A program made the position numbers and the translations under genes. DNA of 64,000 nt, from NCBI GenBank assembly GCA_028705995.1, contig JAQWCH010000002.1, positions 22,398 to 86,397 on the forward strand. The letters are read 5' to 3'. The notes under the pieces were generated by a model. It did no database searches. It worked only from the letters and a program-made list of their open reading frames with translations, and was not told the DNA's origin. Positions 50,759 to 58,820 of the stretch are shown here, in pieces; the first letter of the stretch is position 1; every line of letters starts with the position of its first letter. The stretch is from Bacilli bacterium (lineage in GTDB: Bacteria; Bacillota_I; Bacilli_A; RFN20; CAG-826).

Positions 50759-51973
50759 TTAATCGCGTTTAAATAAGTCACGCGTATAGACTTTATCGCG
50801 CACGCTTTCTAGTTCGGGATGATAGCGGTTAGCAATAATAATATCGCTATTTGTACTTAGAGTAGAAAAATCAACTAATTCGCCCTGAATGTCTCGATCA
50901 GCGGATGTAAGTAATGGTTCATAGATCAGTATGTGGACATCGTACTTGGCGAGTTGTTCAATGATATCGATAAGTGGTGATGAGCGGAAGTTATCCGCCT
51001 CGTTTTTCATAGTCAAGCGATAAATACCAATCGTTTTACCGTGATAGGTCGCATATTCTAGTTGTAATTTTTGTAAAATTTGATCGCCGATAAAAGATTT
51101 TCGTGTGGTGTTAGACTTAACGGTTGCTAGCACGAGATTTTGCGGGATACCCTCATAATTAGCGAGCAATTGTTTCGTATCCTTCGGTAAACAATAGCCC
51201 CCATAACCAAAAGAAGGATTGTTGTAATAATCGCCAATCCGGGGATCAAGACTAACACCGCGAATGATATCTTTGGCATCGAGATTCTTTTTTTCGGCAT
51301 AAGTATCTAATTCATTAAAAAAAGCGATACGTAATGCTAAATATGTATTAGCGAAAAGCTTGATTGCTTCTGCTTCTCGCGCATGGGTTATCAATAAAGG
51401 TACTTCTTCATTCGTCGCTTCACGTAATATATCAATAAATGTGGAAACTTCCGCGTAGATTGATTCGTGATGATCCACACCAATAATAATGCGAGTGGGA
51501 TAAAAAGTGTCAGCAAGGGCGTGTTTTTCGCGCAAAAATTCTGGACTAAAAATAATGCGGGCAGTGGCAAATTTTTCAATCATCTGGCTCGTAAAACCAA
51601 CTGGCACTGTTGATTTGATGACAATTAATGCGAGTGGATTGCATTGACGAATATCGCTAATTACATGCTCAACAGTTGCGGTATCAAAAGATGCTGTTTT
51701 TTCATCATAATCAGTTGGTGTGGCAATCACAATAATGTCCGAGTTTTTGTAGGCTAATGAAAAATCGGCAGTGGCGACAAAATTTAAAGGTTTAGTGAGT
51801 AGTTTTTCTTTTTCATCTTCGACAAATCGTGGGAAAAGATGCTGATTATACGCTGATATTTTTTCCGCATTAATATCAACACCAAATACTTGGTGCCGTT
51901 GAGCAATCAATAATGACAATGAAAGCCCCACGTAGCCAAGACCAACTACTGTTACAACCGGGTCTTTATGCAT
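50759..51973 (-). CDS. ugd: UDP-glucose 6-dehydrogenase
   Basis: GLGYVG, IATPTDY, KSTVPVG, FSPEFLRE, NNPSFGYGGYCLPKD. Confidence 0.92.
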   Translation of the reverse strand: MHKDPVVTVVGLGYVGLSLSLLIAQRHQVFGVDINAEKISAYNQHLFPRFVEDEKEKLLTKPLNFVATADFSLAYKNSDIIVIATPTDYDEKTASFDTATVEHVISDIRQCNPLALIVIKSTVPVGFTSQMIEKFATARIIFSPEFLREKHALADTFYPTRIIIGVDHHESIYAEVSTFIDILREATNEEVPLLITHAREAEAIKLFANTYLALRIAFFNELDTYAEKKNLDAKDIIRGVSLDPRIGDYYNNPSFGYGGYCLPKDTKQLLANYEGIPQNLVLATVKSNTTRKSFIGDQILQKLQLEYATYHGKTIGIYRLTMKNEADNFRSSPLIDIIEQLAKYDVHILIYEPLLTSADRDIQGELVDFSTLSTNSDIIIANRYHPELESVRDKVYTRDLFKRD

Positions 51974-52168
51974 ACCTGCACTCCTCTTGAGTATTTTTAT
52001 TATATTACTTATATCTTAGGCATTCAATTTTAGCTATTGCTGATATAAATATATCGTCATTTGCTTTTTTTTAATGTTTTAAAACAAAATAACTAGAAAT
52101 AGTATATTTTAATTGCTACTCGGGGTCGATTTTGCTATAATCCATAACGTATCGAAAGAGGTGAATTT

Positions 52169-52432
52169 ATGGCAAACATTAAATCGCAAATTAAACGTAT
52201 TGGCACCAGTGAGAAAGCCCGTGTCCGTAACGCCAGTTTTAAATCGCAAGTCCGGACCGCGATGAAAAAAGTGCGGCTCGCTGTTGACGAAGGACGTAAG
52301 GAAGACGCAATCGCTTTAAACAAAGTCGCGGCTTCTTTAATTGATAAATCAGTTGTTAAAGGTATTCAACATACAAAAACAGCTGCTCGTCAAAAACGCG
52401 AATTAGCATTATTGATTAATTCCCTCGCTTAA
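52169..52432 (+). CDS. rpsT: 30S ribosomal protein S20
   Basis: MANIKSQIKR...RN...KS..RT, IDK...KG..H..TAAR.K; TGCTATAAT upstream. Confidence 0.96.
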   Translation: MANIKSQIKRIGTSEKARVRNASFKSQVRTAMKKVRLAVDEGRKEDAIALNKVAASLIDKSVVKGIQHTKTAARQKRELALLINSLA

Positions 52433-52454
52433 TCTGTTACTGATAATTTAAATT

Positions 52455-52477
52455 AAACAGCTTTATGGCTGTTTTTT
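52455..52477. terminator. rpsT/holA terminator
   Basis: AAACAGC-tttatg-GCTGTTT plus T-run. Confidence 0.7.
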
Positions 52478-53448
52478 TATTTATTTAGGCAATAGTCGAC
52501 CATAAATAATTCAAAAGCGTAGAAACGATCAACTTTATTTGACTTGATGGCAAAATCGAGTTGGTGTAGTTGTTCTAAAATATCCAGCGCATCACTAAGT
52601 TTCATTTTATAGTGGGCGTTGAGCGCTAATTTTACACGGTATTCATGAATGCCAAGAGTTTGCGCAATACTTTGTTGGCCTTCACCTTGATCAGCAAGTA
52701 CAAAAACTTGACTGTATAAGCGAAATTGATTCGCGAGCATGCCAATTAGCGTAATCGGTTCCTGACTATTTACTAAAAAATCGCGGTAATTATCTAAAAC
52801 TAATGGTAAATTTTTGTCTAACAAAGCATTTGTCAACGCATAAGAGCGTTCTTCCAATGGTTTTGTGACTAATAAATCAATATCTATACGTTCAATTGGA
52901 TGATCTAATAATGATAATTTGTCTGCTTCATTTAAAAATAGGGCAACATCATTATTCGTGCGGGCGATTAATTCACTAATGGCTTCATCACTAATTGCAA
53001 TATTATTCTTCGCGAATGTCCGACGAACGAATTCTGGCCATTGGCGATTATCAACGTCTTGCACTTCTTTGATTTCGCCATTGGTTTTTACTAACTCGAC
53101 ATAACGATTTTTTGTGGCTAATTTCCCATCGTGAACGCCAAAAATTAAATCAGTTGTGTCATTGGGGGCCGATAAATATTCAAGGAGTTTATCATAATCT
53201 TGTGTGCGTTCAAGACTCTCTTTACGCGAACTTTTCGCAAAATAATAGGCATCATCGACAATAATCACTCGTTTATCACTACCAAACGGCATTTGCATGG
53301 CCTCAAAGACAATATCTTGAATCGGAGTTTGCGTACCCGAGTATTCAATATAATTAAAATTATCGGGTGTGCCAACACTCGTCAGAGCAATTTTATGCAT
53401 TACTTTTTGCACTAGGGCCGGTTGTGAACCAAAAACAAGGTAGATCAT
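52477..53448 (-). CDS. holA: DNA polymerase III delta subunit
   Basis: IYLVFG, MPFGSDKRVIIV, NEADKL, QFRL, IHEYRVK, LD..IK; comEC-holA-rpsT synteny. Confidence 0.9.
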   Translation of the reverse strand: MIYLVFGSQPALVQKVMHKIALTSVGTPDNFNYIEYSGTQTPIQDIVFEAMQMPFGSDKRVIIVDDAYYFAKSSRKESLERTQDYDKLLEYLSAPNDTTDLIFGVHDGKLATKNRYVELVKTNGEIKEVQDVDNRQWPEFVRRTFAKNNIAISDEAISELIARTNNDVALFLNEADKLSLLDHPIERIDIDLLVTKPLEERSYALTNALLDKNLPLVLDNYRDFLVNSQEPITLIGMLANQFRLYSQVFVLADQGEGQQSIAQTLGIHEYRVKLALNAHYKMKLSDALDILEQLHQLDFAIKSNKVDRFYAFELFMVDYCLNK

Positions 53449-55496
53449 AACAATTTTTTACTGGTTACATTATAACAAACATTATTCCATCCTGTGAGTA
53501 GAATTGTCCCAACTTGGTCGGTGCGTAAATAGGGAATATCGAATGCATTTAACCGTTCAATCACAGTCTCATCCGGATGACCATAGTTATTACGACCAAC
53601 AGAAATAATTGCGAGTTTTGGCGTTATTTGTTCAATAAAAGCATCACTTGTACTTGTTTTTGATCCATGATGACCAAGTTTTAAGACATCGACGTCTAAA
53701 CTTGGATTTTCACTGATAATCTCTTCTTCGACACTAACCGAGGCATCGCCCATTAGAAGAATTTTCTGGCCAAGCATTTCTGTATAGATTACAGCGGATT
53801 GATCATTTCGATCATTATTAGTAGCTTCTATCTGCACATTGAGATTTTCTAAGTTCCAACTATTAATTGACCAAGAACTTTCATTTCGCAGAATAACATC
53901 GATGGGAAAATCCTCTAATAAACTTGCAAGCGCGCCACTATGATCATAATCTTCGTGACTAATCCATACCGCATCAAGTTTATATAGTTGAATTGAGGCA
54001 AAAAAAGGGATTAATGTTTCTTTAGCAATATCGGAGTATAAACTGCCACCAGTATCAACTAAAACAGCATGCCTTTGATTACGCAGTAATATCGCATCAC
54101 CTTGTCCAACATTAATGAAATAGATTGAACTTACAATATAACTCTCGAGGTTAAAAAATGGCAAGCCGATTAAAAGCGTAAATATGACAACACTTATTTC
54201 AATTATTGGACGATGATGAATAGTCAGTGCAAACATTAAAATAAATAAAAGCGCATAAAAAAATAAAATCCATAAAATTGATGGCTTCCCTAGTGGAATT
54301 TTAATATCTATTTTGCTAAAAATATTGAGCATGGACATGTTTACGCGATAACAAAAAGAAATCACCCCAGTTAATGGTGGAATCAATATTGAAAACCAAC
54401 CGATAATAAAAGTAAATGACAGCAATGGCGCTAATATAAAGATAAAAACAAATGAAAATATGTGTAGATAATAGCCTTGAAAAATAACATAGGGGAGCAT
54501 TAAAGCATACGCACAAATGGCCCCCATTATTGGTCGCAAAAAAGCTTTTTTATTTTGTAAAGTCGCTCTTGATAATGTAAAAAATATTATTAAACCATAA
54601 CTAAGAAAATATGTTGGCTGAAAAGCTAAATAGGGATTTATTATTAGAAATGTTAAAGCCGAGAAGATGACAACGGTTAAATAATTTACTTTATGCCTTA
54701 ATTTGTATTCATTGATCATCTTGAAAACATTTGTCAAAGCAATCCGGTAAATTGCAAAGTGGCTTGGTATGAAGATGAAAAAAATAACTAAGGGAGCTAG
54801 AGAAATTATCTCGGTAATTGCTGGCGATAAACGGAAATATTTGCTGACTTTTTTATTGAGTCTAATCAGTGCGTTAATATGTAATCCCGAAGCGCCGAGA
54901 AGGTAAACAATTTGCATAGTTTCAACATGTTTAAAAATTTGTGACTCATAATCACGTTGATTAAATAATAAACTAGCTATCAGTTCTTTTTCTTGATCTG
55001 AATATTTAATTAACAGATGCTTAATTATTGCTGACGAACGTATCGGTACACGCCACACATAGCTAACATCTTTCAATAGTAGTTGTTTTGTGATCCCTAA
55101 ATTTTGCAAATAGTTTCCAAAATCGAATTGTTGTTCAAGTTTATAGAACTGTAAATCTCTTCCTGTTGCGGAAAATGATAATATATCACCAACTTCATGT
55201 GCGTGCGCGTGTTCACTGATGTAAAACCGGCCACAAAGCGTTGATAAAACAAAATAATTTTCACTTCTTCTTGTAACAATACCCGACCGCGGAATAATCT
55301 CAATATGTTCGACAAATATTAATACCGCGAGTAAACCTCCGCCAATTATTAATGCAACAATCGTGATGCGCTTGGCGTTATTATCCTTTTTCCAAACAAT
55401 ATAGGCGAGTATTCCAATGATAAAAAGCGTAGCGAATAAAGTTTGCTTTAAATATAGAATGCTGATGATTAGTCCAAGGCCGGCTAGGAGCGTCAT
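53445..55496 (-). CDS. comEC: DNA uptake channel ComEC
   Basis: ASGLHI competence domain, F.LSY, NVGQGDA, DTGG, SHEDYDH.G, LKLGHHGSKTS, GHP, RTD..G. Confidence 0.9.
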   Translation of the reverse strand: MTLLAGLGLIISILYLKQTLFATLFIIGILAYIVWKKDNNAKRITIVALIIGGGLLAVLIFVEHIEIIPRSGIVTRRSENYFVLSTLCGRFYISEHAHAHEVGDILSFSATGRDLQFYKLEQQFDFGNYLQNLGITKQLLLKDVSYVWRVPIRSSAIIKHLLIKYSDQEKELIASLLFNQRDYESQIFKHVETMQIVYLLGASGLHINALIRLNKKVSKYFRLSPAITEIISLAPLVIFFIFIPSHFAIYRIALTNVFKMINEYKLRHKVNYLTVVIFSALTFLIINPYLAFQPTYFLSYGLIIFFTLSRATLQNKKAFLRPIMGAICAYALMLPYVIFQGYYLHIFSFVFIFILAPLLSFTFIIGWFSILIPPLTGVISFCYRVNMSMLNIFSKIDIKIPLGKPSILWILFFYALLFILMFALTIHHRPIIEISVVIFTLLIGLPFFNLESYIVSSIYFINVGQGDAILLRNQRHAVLVDTGGSLYSDIAKETLIPFFASIQLYKLDAVWISHEDYDHSGALASLLEDFPIDVILRNESSWSINSWNLENLNVQIEATNNDRNDQSAVIYTEMLGQKILLMGDASVSVEEEIISENPSLDVDVLKLGHHGSKTSTSDAFIEQITPKLAIISVGRNNYGHPDETVIERLNAFDIPYLRTDQVGTILLTGWNNVCYNVTSKKLL

Positions 55497-56026
55497 TGAA
55501 GTACGATACTATTTTTAATTTTCTCGAAAGTTGCGTTACCAATGCCCGTAACGTTCATAATTTCTTCTAGATAAGAAAATTCACCATCAGTTTCACGGTA
55601 AGTAACTAATGCGCTTGCAATTGTTGAGCCAATCCCATTAACAGTCATTAACAAGTCTTTATCAGCATTATTAATGTTAACTTTCGCTAATGGATAATCA
55701 TTACAAATATCATTTTCATCATAAAGTGAAGCAATAAAATAACTCATCCCATCAACAACATCAGTTGTAAGAATATAGGCGCGGGCATCAGCCTTTGCTG
55801 TTGGTCCACCCGCGGCCATAATAAGTTCTTCAAACGTCGCACCTTTTTCCAAGGCAAATGTCCCTGGCCGAGTCACCTGCCCAGTTACAGTCACCGTCAA
55901 ACGATTATTGTCCACGAGTGAAATTTGTGAATCTGGATTAATATTATTCACCTTAGGATCAATTTGTGTAAAAGCGAAAATCAAAATAACTGTTGCAATT
56001 AAGGCAGCAATAATGAGCTTTGTCAT
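55493..56026 (-). CDS. comEA: DNA receptor ComEA
   Basis: N-terminal TM, SLBB domain (VTGQV.RPG...AAGG), KVNINNA...GIG...GIG HhH motifs. Confidence 0.9.
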   Translation of the reverse strand: MTKLIIAALIATVILIFAFTQIDPKVNNINPDSQISLVDNNRLTVTVTGQVTRPGTFALEKGATFEELIMAAGGPTAKADARAYILTTDVVDGMSYFIASLYDENDICNDYPLAKVNINNADKDLLMTVNGIGSTIASALVTYRETDGEFSYLEEIMNVTGIGNATFEKIKNSIVLQ

Positions 56027-56063
56027 AAAAAAACCTCCTACTAACTAGATAGTCAATAAGAGG
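56027..56063 (-). terminator. greA terminator whose 3' arm is the comEA Shine-Dalgarno sequence
   Basis: CCTCTTATTGACT-atct-AGTTAGTAGGAGG (13 bp including 3 G-U) plus T7, immediately followed by the comEA ATG. Confidence 0.7.
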
Positions 56064-56075
56064 CAAATTCGTATT
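56045..56075 (-). promoter_or_regulatory. Putative alternative-sigma promoter or operator AATAC-N17-ACTATCTAG (copy 3 of 3)
   Basis: Same spacing and near-identical boxes as 813-843 and 29466-29496. Confidence 0.5.
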
Positions 56076-56077
56076 AA

Positions 56078-56548
56078 TTAAATTGTAATTTTGATAATTT
56101 CGATTTCGTAAGGTTCAATCGCTTTGACTTTCCTTACATCGCCGACACGTGCACCGAGCATCGCTTCACCAAGCGGTGACTGAATTGAAATTGAGCCGCT
56201 AAGCGGGTTTGCTTCGATTGTACCAACCAAATGATACTCAAATTCTTCATTAAGTGATAAATCCCGAAAGACGATTGTTGTTCCTAACGCGACAAATTCG
56301 GATGAAGTCGCTTCATCAACAATAACAGCGTTCGCAATTGCGTTTTCAACTTGCTTAATTCGACCTTCGATTTCCGCTTGATGCGAGCGTGCGGCATCAT
56401 AATCGGCATTTTCACTTAAGTCGCCTTGGGCGCGTGCGGTTTCGAGTTCTTGCAAAACATTGGGACGTTGGATGCCAATTAGATTTTCTAATTCGCCTTG
56501 TAGTTTAGTCATCCCTTCTTTTGTTAAATAATATCTGTGTTTTTCCAT
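56078..56548 (-). CDS. greA: Transcription elongation factor GreA
   Basis: LT.EG, AR.QGDLSENADYDAA, EA.P..G.IS..SPLG. Confidence 0.95.
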   Translation of the reverse strand: MEKHRYYLTKEGMTKLQGELENLIGIQRPNVLQELETARAQGDLSENADYDAARSHQAEIEGRIKQVENAIANAVIVDEATSSEFVALGTTIVFRDLSLNEEFEYHLVGTIEANPLSGSISIQSPLGEAMLGARVGDVRKVKAIEPYEIEIIKITI

Positions 56549-56715
56549 AAATTTTGGCCTGCCTTTTTGTTCTCGCTTATTATAGCAAGTCGCGAAGATT
56601 AATGCCACATTGATAAATCAAAATCTTTATGAATATAAAGAAATATAAATTTATGATAAGCTTAAACACTAGAATGCGAGGCTAATCTTGTCTATAATAG
56701 TAAGCCGGAGTTATT

Positions 56716-57297
56716 ATGCGTAAATTACAACAACTTTTATTGCTTTTTTGGACATTTTTTAAAATCGGATTATTCACTTTTGGTGGTGGTTATGCGATGA
56801 TTCCCCTCATTGAAAGTGAGGTTACTTTAAAACATCGCTGGCTAACTGAAAAAGAAACGCTCGATTTATTTATCATTGCCGAAAGCACGCCAGGTCCTGT
56901 TTCCGTCAACTCTGCTACTTATGTAGGATACAAGGTTGCTGGTTTGCTCGGAGCATTTTTTGCGACACTTGGATTAGCGCTTCCATCTCTTTTAATCATT
57001 ATTGTAATTGCCTTATTTTATGATCAATTTATGACGTTGAGTTGGGTCCAGGCTGCTTTTTATGGAATTCAAGCTGGTGTTTCAATCTTAATTATCGCCG
57101 CGGCGATTAAATTAAGTCGTCATCTTGAACGTAATTTCTATAACATCATTGCGTTATTAGTCGTTGTTGGCTTACAAATTTACTTATCAACGGTCGATTT
57201 CACGATTTCAACAATATATTTCATAATTACCGGTTTTGTGCTCGGTATTGTTTTTTATGGTTTAAATAATATTAAGAAAGGTGGATCAAGTAAATGA
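56716..57297 (+). CDS. Short-chain chromate transporter (CHR family), first subunit
   Basis: FFKIGLFTFGGGYAMIP, ESTPGP. Confidence 0.9.
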   Translation: MRKLQQLLLLFWTFFKIGLFTFGGGYAMIPLIESEVTLKHRWLTEKETLDLFIIAESTPGPVSVNSATYVGYKVAGLLGAFFATLGLALPSLLIIIVIALFYDQFMTLSWVQAAFYGIQAGVSILIIAAAIKLSRHLERNFYNIIALLVVVGLQIYLSTVDFTISTIYFIITGFVLGIVFYGLNNIKKGGSSK

Positions 57298-57869
57298 TCG
57301 ATTTCTTATTATTACTCAAACTTTTCTGGACATTCTTCAAAATCGGATTGTTCACGTTTGGCGGCGGTTATGCGATGATTCCCTTAATGCAATCAGAAGT
57401 TGTCGGCCAAAATTGGCTCGATTACGATACAATGATTAATTTTTTAGCAATATCCGAATCAACGCCCGGGCCATTTGCCATCAACATGGCAACATTTATC
57501 GGTGAAAATCAGGCGGGCTTGCTTGGTGCCTTAGTCACCACAACCGGTGTTATCTTGCCATCGTTTATTATTATCACAATTATTGCCGCAGTTAGTGGTA
57601 AATTCATCCAAACTCGCTTTGTACAAGCAGGTCTAAAAGGTATTCGTCCGATTATTATTGGTCTAATTCTTTCCGCTGGCACACTGCTAGTTTTGCATAA
57701 CCTTGTTGATCAGTATCCGCTAAAAGGTCCATTCCGGTTAGATATGCTGATCCTCACAATTAACTTAGCTATTATCTATTTTGGCTACTGGATTTGGAAA
57801 AAACGCCAATTAAGTCCAATTACATTTGTAATTATATCGGCTATTTTCGGTTTAATCATCTTTATTTAG
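57294..57869 (+). CDS. Short-chain chromate transporter (CHR family), second subunit
   Basis: FFKIGLFTFGGGYAMIP, SESTPGPFAINMATF; 4-nt overlap with its partner. Confidence 0.9.
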   Translation: MIDFLLLLKLFWTFFKIGLFTFGGGYAMIPLMQSEVVGQNWLDYDTMINFLAISESTPGPFAINMATFIGENQAGLLGALVTTTGVILPSFIIITIIAAVSGKFIQTRFVQAGLKGIRPIIIGLILSAGTLLVLHNLVDQYPLKGPFRLDMLILTINLAIIYFGYWIWKKRQLSPITFVIISAIFGLIIFI

Positions 57870-57920
57870 AAGCTATTAATTCCTCCGTTTGTAAATTTTT
57901 GAAAAAAACAAGTAAATATC

Positions 57921-57947
57921 AAAAAAACGGCTAAAAAGCCGCTTTTT
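57921..57947. terminator. Bidirectional terminator
   Basis: A-run, CGGCT-aaaa-AGCCG, T-run between convergent genes. Confidence 0.6.
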
Positions 57948-58051
57948 AATTATTATTCTGTTTTATTAAAATCAAACAATAATTAAATAAGTGTTTATAA
58001 ATACTTATATAATACTAATTTAATACTTTTAATCTACTAGAAAATTGCTTT

Positions 58052-58390
58052 TTAAAAAGAATCGCCTTCGCCTTCGCCATCTGGCTCTGCATCGCCATCA
58101 TCTTCAGCATCACCATCATCTTCTGATTGATCTTCTTCTTCCTCGTGGCTTTCAAAAGCCGAAAGAACTTCTTCAACTTCGTCGTATTCTTCTTTGGTTA
58201 AATCGTCTTCAATATGGCCATCATCATAAAAACGTGCAGCAAGTACTTCATCGCGATTTGCGGGGTCAAAGAATAAAACATAGTTTACTCCCCGATCTTC
58301 GTTTTCATAAGTTAGTAGAATTTCATAGCGATAAACAACACCAGCTTCATCAGTAATTTCTAAAAAGTCATCATCTTTAATCTTGTTCAT
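58052..58390 (-). CDS. DUF1292/YrzB-family acidic protein
   Basis: ITDEAG...YEILLT...YVLF...EEYDEVEEVL; follows ruvX. Confidence 0.8.
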   Translation of the reverse strand: MNKIKDDDFLEITDEAGVVYRYEILLTYENEDRGVNYVLFFDPANRDEVLAARFYDDGHIEDDLTKEEYDEVEEVLSAFESHEEEEDQSEDDGDAEDDGDAEPDGEGEGDSF

Positions 58391-58820
58391 TTCCATGCTC
58401 CTTTAGCCTGTTTAAATAATTTTCTAAAATAATAATTGCCGCGAATTCATCAACGCGCTCTGGCCACTTTTTCTTTGGAATAGCAAGCATTTCCATCCGC
58501 TCATGGGCTTCAACGGTTGAAAGACGTTCATCAACAAAATTAATTTTGACTTGTGGCGCCACTTTTTGCAAGTCATTCGCGAATCTTTCAACACTTTTTA
58601 CTCGTTCTCCCGCGCGTCCATCCATATGAAGTGGTTTACCAAACACAATTGTTTTTGGCTTAACTTCTTCAATTATTATAACTAATTGTTGTAAAGCCAA
58701 ATGATAATTACCGGCTTTAAAGTGAATTGTTGGGCGTCCAGTAACAATACGCTGCGTTTGATCCGTAATCGCAACGCCAAGCGTGGTTGTTCCTAAGTCT
58801 AAACCAATGATTTTTGCCAT
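58377..58820 (-). CDS. ruvX: YqgF/RuvX-family nuclease
   Basis: IIGLDLG...GVAI.D, G.P.HMDG, VDERLST, VD..AA.IILE. Confidence 0.92.
   Translation of the reverse strand: MAKIIGLDLGTTTLGVAITDQTQRIVTGRPTIHFKAGNYHLALQQLVIIIEEVKPKTIVFGKPLHMDGRAGERVKSVERFANDLQKVAPQVKINFVDERLSTVEAHERMEMLAIPKKKWPERVDEFAAIIILENYLNRLKEHGNEQD

Noticed and set aside
56066..56073. TACGAATT resembling the streptococcal cin-box (TACGAATA) upstream of comEA
   Set aside because: One mismatch, and a transcript starting there would include the whole terminator hairpin. The bipartite motif shared with two other genes fits better, though this is not fully excluded
56746..57385. DNA-level repeat between the 5' ends of the two chromate transporter genes
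   Set aside because: Expected similarity of the paired short-chain CHR paralogues
58088..58123. 18-nt tandem near-repeat
   Set aside because: Encodes the low-complexity acidic EDDGDA x2 tail of the DUF1292 protein; not a CRISPR or mobile repeat
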